The notes beneath the pieces were generated by a model, which was not told the DNA's origin, searched no databases, and saw only the letters and a program-made list of their open reading frames with translations. Made by a program: the position numbers and the translations under genes. Below, in pieces: positions 56,647-64,000 of a stretch of 64,000 bases of DNA (positions are counted from its first letter, which is position 1; each line of letters starts with the position of its first letter). Source of the DNA: Dysgonomonas sp. UBA7710 (GTDB lineage Bacteria; Bacteroidota; Bacteroidia; Bacteroidales; Dysgonomonadaceae); assembly GCF_002482385.1 (NCBI RefSeq), contig NZ_DLFW01000048.1, positions 39,417 to 103,416 on the forward strand, read 5' to 3'.

Positions 56647-57831
56647 ATGCAGGCAATGATTGAGCAAATCTTACATTACTTCATGTTTAACGAACTGGAA
56701 ATTGCAGGGATAGCATTTTTCTCCCTGTTGTTTCTTATTCAAATTTTCTTCTATTTCAATTATTACAGGAAGCCCTATTCTGTTGCCTGTAAGAGAGAGA
56801 AGAATAGTAACAAACCATTTTGCCGGAAACCTAAAGTATCTGTTATTATAGCTTCGGAAAATGCTGCTGATGAGTTGGCTGAGAATTTGCCTGTAATTCT
56901 GACTCAGGATTATCCGGATTTCGAAGTTATTGTTGTTAATAATGGTTCTACGGATGAGAGTGAAACTTTGTTACAGTCTCTGCAACTTAAACACCCTCAT
57001 TTGTACATCACATATTTGCCTTATTCGAACGATATAACTTTTGGCCGTCGCAAACTGGCTCTCACTATCGGGATCAAAGCTGCTAAAGGAGAAGTTTTGT
57101 TATTTACAGAACCTTATTCCAAACCAGTATCTGATCAATGGATATCGTCTATGATGGAAGAGCTTCCGGACGGAAAAGATGTCGTTCTCGGTTATTCTTT
57201 TTATAGCAGGACAAAGACGTTTTTTAACCGTATCGCACGTTTCGATAATCATTTGTTCTCTATGCAGTATATATCCATGGCTCTCAAGAGCAGGCCATTT
57301 ACAGGAATATACCGTAATCTAGCTTTTCGTAAGCACCTCTTTTTCGATAATAAAGGTTTTGCCGCGTTTCTTAATTTAGAGAATGGGGAGGATGTATTCA
57401 TCAACCAGATAATTACTGATACTAATACTTCTGTGGCCCTATCGTCCGATAGTTTTATGGAATCCTCTAATGATCGGTTTTCATTGTGGAAACAAGTAAA
57501 GAAATCTTATTCGATTACAAAGAAGTATTTTAAACGTAAAACACCAATCAATTTATTTGCTTTGGAAGCGGCTACACGTTACTTATTTTATCTAATGCTA
57601 GTTGCTCTTGTTGTGTACTCTGCTATATTTTTCCATTGGACATTATTAGGCATCACAGTATTTTTATTTATGTTCAGATTAGTCGTACAGCTGATAATAA
57701 TAAATAAATCAACACAATACTTTCGGTCCGGGAAATTCCATTCCTCTTTGATTCTAATGGATTTTTTACAACCTTTTTATAACTTCAGATTCAAAACCAG
57801 CCATAAAAACAGGGCTACAGGCCGCCGTTGA
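56647..57831 (+). CDS. family 2 glycosyltransferase with C-terminal TM helices
   Basis: ..VSVIIASENAADEL..DFEVIVVNNGSTDES.. GT-A fold signature. Confidence 0.7.
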   Translation: MQAMIEQILHYFMFNELEIAGIAFFSLLFLIQIFFYFNYYRKPYSVACKREKNSNKPFCRKPKVSVIIASENAADELAENLPVILTQDYPDFEVIVVNNGSTDESETLLQSLQLKHPHLYITYLPYSNDITFGRRKLALTIGIKAAKGEVLLFTEPYSKPVSDQWISSMMEELPDGKDVVLGYSFYSRTKTFFNRIARFDNHLFSMQYISMALKSRPFTGIYRNLAFRKHLFFDNKGFAAFLNLENGEDVFINQIITDTNTSVALSSDSFMESSNDRFSLWKQVKKSYSITKKYFKRKTPINLFALEAATRYLFYLMLVALVVYSAIFFHWTLLGITVFLFMFRLVVQLIIINKSTQYFRSGKFHSSLILMDFLQPFYNFRFKTSHKNRATGRR

Positions 57832-57845
57832 TTCATAAGCGAAAC

Positions 57846-58574
57846 TTAAGCTTTTATGTTCTTTTGTGGATTCCTGTTTGTTTCCGGCCTCTTGTCAATT
57901 AATCTTAGATAAGGTTTATGGATTTTCTCTTCCCATATCAGCCATAAGACAAAGATAACTCCGTCGTAGTATATCCAGACAAATACATCCCGATGGAAGA
58001 CATTAAACCAGTCTTCATAAAATTTCAGGTAGCATTCTTTGGTGTTCACCCATTGACAGTTATTATACCATTCATTTACAGGTATGAACCACTCGGGAAA
58101 TGGGTTGCGTATGATAATAAGTATTATAGCCAGCCTAAGGATGTTAATTAACAAGAGGATAACCAGCGACATGGGAATGTACCACAATTTCTTCTTCACC
58201 GGTCCAAAATAGAATGTAAGGATGAAGGTGAACATGAAAAGTTGCTTCAATCCCGTGCATCCCCATATAATATCTACCGGAATAGAATTTTCGAAATAAA
58301 GTGTATACCCGTTAATGATTTTAAAATCATGATATCCGAGCAGGTCATGTACGACCCGGTATACGATATCAGCTGTCCATAGGTTCATACCTTCGGTAGA
58401 TGAAGTCAAATCTTTGCCCAGCACGAGGAGTATCCTTTCATCTTCTCCCTGATGTACACAAAGTTTCCAAATAAATTCAAATATGAGGAACAAGCATAAA
58501 AACCATATGATATCTTTGAATGGTTTCAGCTTGTTTGTGAATATACTTATGTAGTATTTACCGTAATTATTCAT
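57846..58574 (-). CDS. polytopic membrane protein, possibly exosortase/archaeosortase-family
   Basis: About 6 TM helices. ..IIWGCTGLKQ.. has a Cys in a C-x-G context and there is a downstream conserved Arg (..ILRLAIIL..). The assignment is tentative. Confidence 0.4.
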   Translation of the reverse strand: MNNYGKYYISIFTNKLKPFKDIIWFLCLFLIFEFIWKLCVHQGEDERILLVLGKDLTSSTEGMNLWTADIVYRVVHDLLGYHDFKIINGYTLYFENSIPVDIIWGCTGLKQLFMFTFILTFYFGPVKKKLWYIPMSLVILLLINILRLAIILIIIRNPFPEWFIPVNEWYNNCQWVNTKECYLKFYEDWFNVFHRDVFVWIYYDGVIFVLWLIWEEKIHKPYLRLIDKRPETNRNPQKNIKA

Positions 58575-58964
58575 TTAGCTTAAAATCGCGTATAAAGGTA
58601 CTAAAATAAGGATAATTAACCTTTTTAAGGCAAAAAAAATATGACATTTTATCTAAATCGTCGGTTAACTGGTTTTTTTTAATTTACTTTGCACAAATTT
58701 CATCTGATTTAAGTGAATTTAGTAGTAAATAAAGGATATTCGTCATTGAAAAGGCTGTTTATTAGTCAGATAAATTAAATGAAAAATACCAGTACCGATA
58801 AGGCTTTTGGATGATTATTCAGCTTTCTATCGAAGTTTTGCATTACCTGAATAATAATTTGCTTAAAAATTTGTTTATAGATGAGAATACGAAATGACTG
58901 ATAGAACAGGTGTTTTTTGTATAAAATTGAGATTTACAGGATTAAACCGTATATTGAATTAAAA

Positions 58965-60266
58965 ATGCTAAAGAGTAAAAATCTTCTTTTAATAGCCCTT
59001 TTGGCTTGTATTGTAGGCTCACTAAGAGCTCAAACCGATTCTCCATATAGCAGATATGGCTACGGAGTACTGAGAGACCAGGCAGTAGGTCCATCAAAGG
59101 CAATGGGAGGTATAGGTTACGGACTTCGCAACAGCCAGAGTGCAAACCCACAGAATCCGGCATCATATTCCAGAGTAGACTCGCTAACTTTTCTATTCGA
59201 TATAGGCATTAATTTCAATCGCGGAAAATTGAGTGACGGAGTTAATTCTGATAATAAGTATAGCGGAGGGCTTGATTATATAACAATACTCGTTCCCTTG
59301 AAGAAAGGTCTCGGTCTTAGTTTTGGTATTATACCCTTTTCTTCGGTTGGTTATAAATTCGGGTCAACAGAAACGAACGGCTCAGTATCGTATAGCAAAT
59401 CATTTTCCGGTAGCGGGGGATTAAGCCAGATATATGGAGGATTGGGGTATTCTACACCAATAAAAGGTTTGTCTGCGGGAGCAAATGTTTCTTATCTTTT
59501 TGGCACGTTAGACCATACACGTAGTTTGCCTGCATTAACAGGTAGTACTACAAATACCTCCAGAGATATGACCGAGTTATCCGTTAAAGCGGCAAAATTC
59601 GATATCGGTCTCCAGTATGAAATGCCGATAGCTAAAAATAGAATGTTGACAATAGGTGCTGTTTATTCTCCCAAGATTAACTCTTCGGCCGATTACAATA
59701 ATATACGTCAGGTAATATCTGCATCCAATACCTTAGTTCAGGGAGATACGACCGTTTATAATGGAGTTGATGCCGGAATTCCGGAAACATACGGATTGGG
59801 ATTCACAGTTAACAGTAACAATAAACTTGTGTTTGGAGCAGATGCTACTTATCAACGTTGGAGCAAAGCTAAATATACTTCGTACATGAACGACGGACTA
59901 AATGATGCCGACCGTTTTAATGACAGATGGAAGTATAGTGTTGGTGCTGAGTATATGATAGATCCGTACGACAGGAGTTTCTTTAAGAAAATCAGATTCA
60001 GGGGAGGGGTTAATTATGCCAACTCATACTTGAATGTGATGGACGCGTCCGGAAAAATAGATGGTTATAAAGAATATGGAGCGACATTAGGTTTCGGTTT
60101 GCCTATCCGGGATAATATCGGCCAGCGGGTGTCGTATATCAATATCAATTTCGAATACAAAAAATTAAAACCTAAGCTTAGTAATATGATAAGTGAAGAA
60201 TACTTTGGTGTATCGTTGAATGTCAATGTCAATGAACTTTGGTTCTTCCGTCGTAAAGTTGAATAA
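58965..60266 (+). CDS. hypothetical outer-membrane beta-barrel protein
   Basis: Signal peptide (LLLIALLACIVGSLRAQ), alternating beta-strand patterns rich in Gly/Tyr, and a C-terminal ..LWFFRRKVE. Confidence 0.5.
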   Translation: MLKSKNLLLIALLACIVGSLRAQTDSPYSRYGYGVLRDQAVGPSKAMGGIGYGLRNSQSANPQNPASYSRVDSLTFLFDIGINFNRGKLSDGVNSDNKYSGGLDYITILVPLKKGLGLSFGIIPFSSVGYKFGSTETNGSVSYSKSFSGSGGLSQIYGGLGYSTPIKGLSAGANVSYLFGTLDHTRSLPALTGSTTNTSRDMTELSVKAAKFDIGLQYEMPIAKNRMLTIGAVYSPKINSSADYNNIRQVISASNTLVQGDTTVYNGVDAGIPETYGLGFTVNSNNKLVFGADATYQRWSKAKYTSYMNDGLNDADRFNDRWKYSVGAEYMIDPYDRSFFKKIRFRGGVNYANSYLNVMDASGKIDGYKEYGATLGFGLPIRDNIGQRVSYININFEYKKLKPKLSNMISEEYFGVSLNVNVNELWFFRRKVE

Positions 60267-60336
60267 AAAATACAGAATCAAGATAAATGGCCTCAATTAC
60301 TGATTGAGGCTCATTGTTTTTAAGTATATTAGCCTG

Positions 60337-60960
60337 ATGAAGTTAATGCCACTCCAAAAACTGTTCATGGTCGCAGTAATCGCAATATTTGCTGCACCTT
60401 TCTTTTTTGCATCCTGTAAGAAGGAAGTCAGTTCTGCCGTAAATTTCAAATATGACAAAGAAATCGTGCCATCCATGCATACAGACAGTGTACGGATGCT
60501 CATTTCCGATTCGGGACTTATCAAATATAAAATGATAACTAAAACGTGGGATGTTTTTGACGAAGCCAAAGACCCTTACTGGTTTTTTCCGGAAGGACTC
60601 TATCTGGAGAAATTTGACACTGCTTTTGTTGTAGTATTCACTATCAAGGCCGATACAGTATGGAATTATACCAGACGTAAACTCTGGCGACTCAAAGGGA
60701 ATGTTTTTGCACGAAATATTGTCGGGGAAACATTTACTGGAGATGAGTTTTTTTGGAATCAGCAGGAACAGAAAATATATTCGAACAAGCTAGTCGAGGT
60801 AAATAGACCCGAAAAAGGAGTGTTAATTGCCCGAAATGGTATGGTAGCTAACCAGCAAATGACAGCATACGAATTTATGGAAGTAGGGGAGAATGCCGGA
60901 AAGAAAACAGTGTTTTATGTGAACGAAGATGAAGAAAACAAAGAAGAAAAAGCAGAATAG
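60337..60960 (+). CDS. lptC: LptC-like LPS export periplasmic protein
   Basis: Single N-terminal anchor, then a beta-jellyroll-type sequence (..YKMITKTWDVFD..LEKFDTAFVV..). It is followed by a PpiD-like gene, as in many Bacteroidales genomes. Start chosen at the internal Met. Confidence 0.55.
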   Translation: MKLMPLQKLFMVAVIAIFAAPFFFASCKKEVSSAVNFKYDKEIVPSMHTDSVRMLISDSGLIKYKMITKTWDVFDEAKDPYWFFPEGLYLEKFDTAFVVVFTIKADTVWNYTRRKLWRLKGNVFARNIVGETFTGDEFFWNQQEQKIYSNKLVEVNRPEKGVLIARNGMVANQQMTAYEFMEVGENAGKKTVFYVNEDEENKEEKAE

Positions 60961-61067
60961 TTTTTCAAATATGAATGAAATTCAATCTCAATTTATTATC
61001 TTCGCACGCTGAAAACTGTATCTTTGAGAATTTAAAATAAACAATATAAAAAGTAATTATTATTTAA

Positions 61068-63176
61068 ATGGCTGCATTACAGAAAATTAGGAGCAAATCA
61101 GGCCTGCTTGTCGGTATAATCGCGGTGGGTTTATTAGCATTTGTATTTCCATGGGGTGAAGTTACGACCTTTGTTAATAAAATGAGAGACAAAGCATTTG
61201 TTGTAGATGGAAAGGTGATTACAACGAAGGAATATTCGGACAAAATAGCTCAATGGGAAAACTTTCAGAAAGTTATGTCGAATCAATCCTCATTGGATGA
61301 GTTCACAAATTCTCAAATCAGAGAGATGGCTTACCAGCAAATGGTAAAAGAAATAATGTTGGACGAAGAAGCCAGCAATTTAGGATTGGCCGTTACACCT
61401 GAAGAATTGAATGATATGGTATATGGACCTGTTGTAGCTCCTATATTGTATCAAATACCTTTTTTCGCAAATCCTCAGACAGGCCAGTTCGACAAAGCAT
61501 ATCTGATGCAATTCCTTTCCGATATTAATCAGGATCCGGCTACTATGCAGGAACCTCATAGATCTGAGATTATGGCCAGAAGGGAAATCTGGGCCTTTAT
61601 ACAAAATATGATGAAATATCAACGTCTTGAAGAAAAATATGCTTCATTAGTGGCCGGTTCAGTTTTGGTTAGTGATACTGAAGCAAAGGCTGCCTATGAC
61701 GATTCTAAAAATGTTGCAGATATAGCATACGTCGTTCAGAGATATTCGACCTTGGCCGATTCTGCAGTCCAGGTTTCAGATAAAGAAATAAAAGCACTTT
61801 ATGATTTGCGTAAAAACAATTATAAATTGGATACAGAGCTTCGCAAAATTTCCTACTTTATTAAAGATGTTGTTCCTAGCGATGAAGATTATGCTGCTAT
61901 AGAACAAGAAATGAATGCAGCGTATGAAAAATTGAAAATGGCAGATAATCCGGCTATTGTTCTAAGTGAATATTCATCTACATATCAGGATATCTTTATG
62001 GCAGTATCATCATTGCCTGCCGATGCTAAAACATTTGTACAATCTGCATCTGTTGGCGATATTTATGGACCGGTTCGTGAGGATCAGACCTATCTGATGT
62101 ATAAACTAATAGACCGGACAAATGCTGCGGATTCTATTAAACTACAAATAATACCATTGCCGCAAGGACTTGATGAAAAAACATCAGCCCACATTGTTGA
62201 TAGTATACAGGCTGTTCTTAAAGGTGGTAAAGATTTCGGCGTTGTAGCTGACGAACTATTCCCTAACTCTAATGGCGGTGATCTGGGGTGGACTAACGAA
62301 GCGATGTTGGCAAGCGCAGGAATTGCAAAAGAATGTTTTGCTGCTGCAAAAGGTGAAGTTCTGAAATTGAAGGTAGGCGGTCAGGATCAGTTGATTCGTA
62401 TATCAGATAAGACTAATCCGGTACCAAAGGTGAAATTGGCTGTAATACAATTGCCTGTTATAATTAGCGATAAAACTCAGAATGCTATAGATAACGAATT
62501 GAACCAATTTGTAAGTGAGAATGGAAATCTGGAGAATTTTGACAAAGCAGCTCAAGCTAAAGGCTACAGTCTGATTCAGAATTCGATAATATCACCTTCC
62601 GAAATAGCATTAGGCCAGGCTACAGGGACTCGTCAGGTAATACATTGGGCTTTCAATGAAAAGGTTGGTTCGGTTAAGAAATTTGACATGTCCGATAAAC
62701 GTGTTGTTGCAATCGTGAAAAATGAAATTACCGGCGACTATATGCCGGTTTCTGAAGTAGCAACAGCATTAAAGGCAGAATTGATAAATGATAAAAAAGC
62801 AGAGAAAATCATAGCTGACTTAAAAGCTAAGAATCTGACATCTTTGGATGCTTATGCACAAGCTGTGTCAGGGAAGGTGGATACTGTTAACTTTGTTACA
62901 TTCCAGACCAATAACTTATCAGGAATTGGTTATGAGCCTCTAATGAATGTATATTCCAAATTAGGCCAGGTTAATAAACTGGAAGCTCCTATGAAAGGAA
63001 AATCCGGAGTGTATGTGTTGAATGTGACAAATAAAACAGAAGATACAAAAGAATTTAATGCAGAACAGACAAAACAGTCATTAAAGCAGGCCAATTATTA
63101 CCAGATGATGTCACAGGCTGTATCTATATTGAGGAATAAGATGAAAGTGGAAGATAACAGGGTGAAATTCTGGTAA
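61068..63176 (+). CDS. periplasmic chaperone/peptidyl-prolyl isomerase PpiD-like
   Basis: N-terminal anchor (LLVGIIAVGLLAFV), SurA-like chaperone domains and a parvulin-like segment. About 700 aa. Confidence 0.7.
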   Translation: MAALQKIRSKSGLLVGIIAVGLLAFVFPWGEVTTFVNKMRDKAFVVDGKVITTKEYSDKIAQWENFQKVMSNQSSLDEFTNSQIREMAYQQMVKEIMLDEEASNLGLAVTPEELNDMVYGPVVAPILYQIPFFANPQTGQFDKAYLMQFLSDINQDPATMQEPHRSEIMARREIWAFIQNMMKYQRLEEKYASLVAGSVLVSDTEAKAAYDDSKNVADIAYVVQRYSTLADSAVQVSDKEIKALYDLRKNNYKLDTELRKISYFIKDVVPSDEDYAAIEQEMNAAYEKLKMADNPAIVLSEYSSTYQDIFMAVSSLPADAKTFVQSASVGDIYGPVREDQTYLMYKLIDRTNAADSIKLQIIPLPQGLDEKTSAHIVDSIQAVLKGGKDFGVVADELFPNSNGGDLGWTNEAMLASAGIAKECFAAAKGEVLKLKVGGQDQLIRISDKTNPVPKVKLAVIQLPVIISDKTQNAIDNELNQFVSENGNLENFDKAAQAKGYSLIQNSIISPSEIALGQATGTRQVIHWAFNEKVGSVKKFDMSDKRVVAIVKNEITGDYMPVSEVATALKAELINDKKAEKIIADLKAKNLTSLDAYAQAVSGKVDTVNFVTFQTNNLSGIGYEPLMNVYSKLGQVNKLEAPMKGKSGVYVLNVTNKTEDTKEFNAEQTKQSLKQANYYQMMSQAVSILRNKMKVEDNRVKFW

Positions 63177-63212
63177 AATTCTTGAAAGAAAAATTTAATC
63201 ACTATATTTAAA

Positions 63213-63246
63213 GTCCCTTGTAGTAAAAGCTATGAGGGGCTTTTTT
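63213..63246 (+). terminator. possible terminator after the PpiD-like gene
   Basis: Imperfect stem CCCTTGTAG/CTATGAGGGG followed by T6. Confidence 0.35.
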
Positions 63247-63259
63247 AATTAAAGAGAAT

Positions 63260-63895
63260 ATGACAAAGAAAGAACGTTATGCCGGGGTTATTAGTTGGTT
63301 TGATAAAAATATGCCTGTAGCAGAGACAGAATTGCATTATGACAATCCTTTTCACCTGTTGATTGCTGTCATTTTATCTGCCCAGTGCACAGATAAACGG
63401 GTCAATATGGTAACACCACCCTTATTCGAAGCATACCCCACACCTGAGGTGATGGCGGTTTCTACTACCGATGCTATTTATCATTACATAAAAAGTGTGT
63501 CTTATCCCAACAATAAAGCAAAGAATCTGTTAGGAATGGCTAAGAAGCTTGTGGATGACTTTGGAGGGAAGGTTCCCGATACTATGGAAGAATTGGAAAC
63601 TATACCCGGGGTTGGTCGCAAAACAGCTAATGTGATGCTTATTGTAGCCTTTAATAAACCGGCAATGCCAGTCGATACACATGTTTTTAGGGTTTCCAAC
63701 CGAATTGGATTAACTGATAATTCGAAAAATCCGGAACAAACAGAAAGAGAATTGATAAAATATATACCGGCAAAATATTTATCAAAAGCTCATCATTGGT
63801 TAATTTTACATGGCAGATATGTCTGTGTTGCGCGGAGACCTAAATGCGAAGAATGTGGGTTAACTCCGTATTGTAAATTTTTCTCGAAAAAATAG
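63260..63895 (+). CDS. nth: endonuclease III
   Basis: HhH-GPD (..IPGVGRKTANVML..) and a C-terminal 4Fe-4S cluster loop CVARRPKCEECGLTPYC. Confidence 0.9.
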   Translation: MTKKERYAGVISWFDKNMPVAETELHYDNPFHLLIAVILSAQCTDKRVNMVTPPLFEAYPTPEVMAVSTTDAIYHYIKSVSYPNNKAKNLLGMAKKLVDDFGGKVPDTMEELETIPGVGRKTANVMLIVAFNKPAMPVDTHVFRVSNRIGLTDNSKNPEQTERELIKYIPAKYLSKAHHWLILHGRYVCVARRPKCEECGLTPYCKFFSKK

Positions 63896-64000
63896 CTTAA
63901 AATTTATTTTTTATAATGACTTGGTTATTAGTATATTGAATAAAGTGCCTAAAAATAGTTCAAAAATACCTCTTAAAATATTTGGAATGATATAAAATAT

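Noticed and set aside
1-64000. CRISPR arrays, transposases/IS elements, integrases, prophage or defence-system genes
   Set aside because: None were detected. The direct repeats present are non-CRISPR (variable unit length, no spacers). All large ORFs have housekeeping, transport or regulatory identities.

Overview
This window is a 64 kb AT-rich chromosomal segment that looks like an order Bacteroidales genome. The evidence is the TAnnTTTG -7 promoter motifs, TonB-dependent receptor/lipoprotein/PepSY operons, a T9SS-type C-terminal domain, DUF3299 and TamB. No transposase, integrase, phage gene or CRISPR array was seen; it reads as core genome with two accessory-like metal-uptake islands.

Main content:
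(i) 1568-10833: a putative zinc-starvation (Zur-type) island. It has a minus-strand operon (ABC ATPase, FtsX/MacB-like permease with a histidine-rich periplasmic insert, DUF3299 protein) divergent from a Fur-family gene that appears frameshifted. Two 13-bp palindromes (GCAACA-N-TGTTGC) sit in the shared promoter. Downstream are two tandem COG0523 GTPases (CXCC motif), a TonB-dependent receptor and two lipoproteins built from a repeated His-motif domain, one with three tandem copies.
(ii) 12343-23618: a hybrid sensor kinase and a sigma-54-dependent NtrC-type regulator. They flank a small PepSY-like secreted protein gene that has a near-consensus -24/-12 sigma-54 promoter, with a TGTGGAA repeat/palindrome cluster about 100 bp upstream that could be the enhancer. 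Next to them is a Xus-like operon (lipoprotein, TonB-dependent receptor, DUF4374-like lipoprotein, PepSY-TM).
(iii) Housekeeping genes: blaR1/blaI-like pair, aroK, S1 peptidase, radA, cat-like, folC, cobT-cobS-cobC, SPFH, Arc-like, TamB, methyltransferase, flotillin-NfeD, Ada-like, pheT, HMA protein, yebC, GH20, lysC-lysA, GT2, exosortase-like, lptC-like, PpiD-like, nth.
(iv) A modular intergenic repeat family rich in GTTAC/TAccTTTG at three loci (upstream of cobT, between cobT and cobS, upstream of pheT).

All calls come from reading the sequence and translations; no database searches were run.
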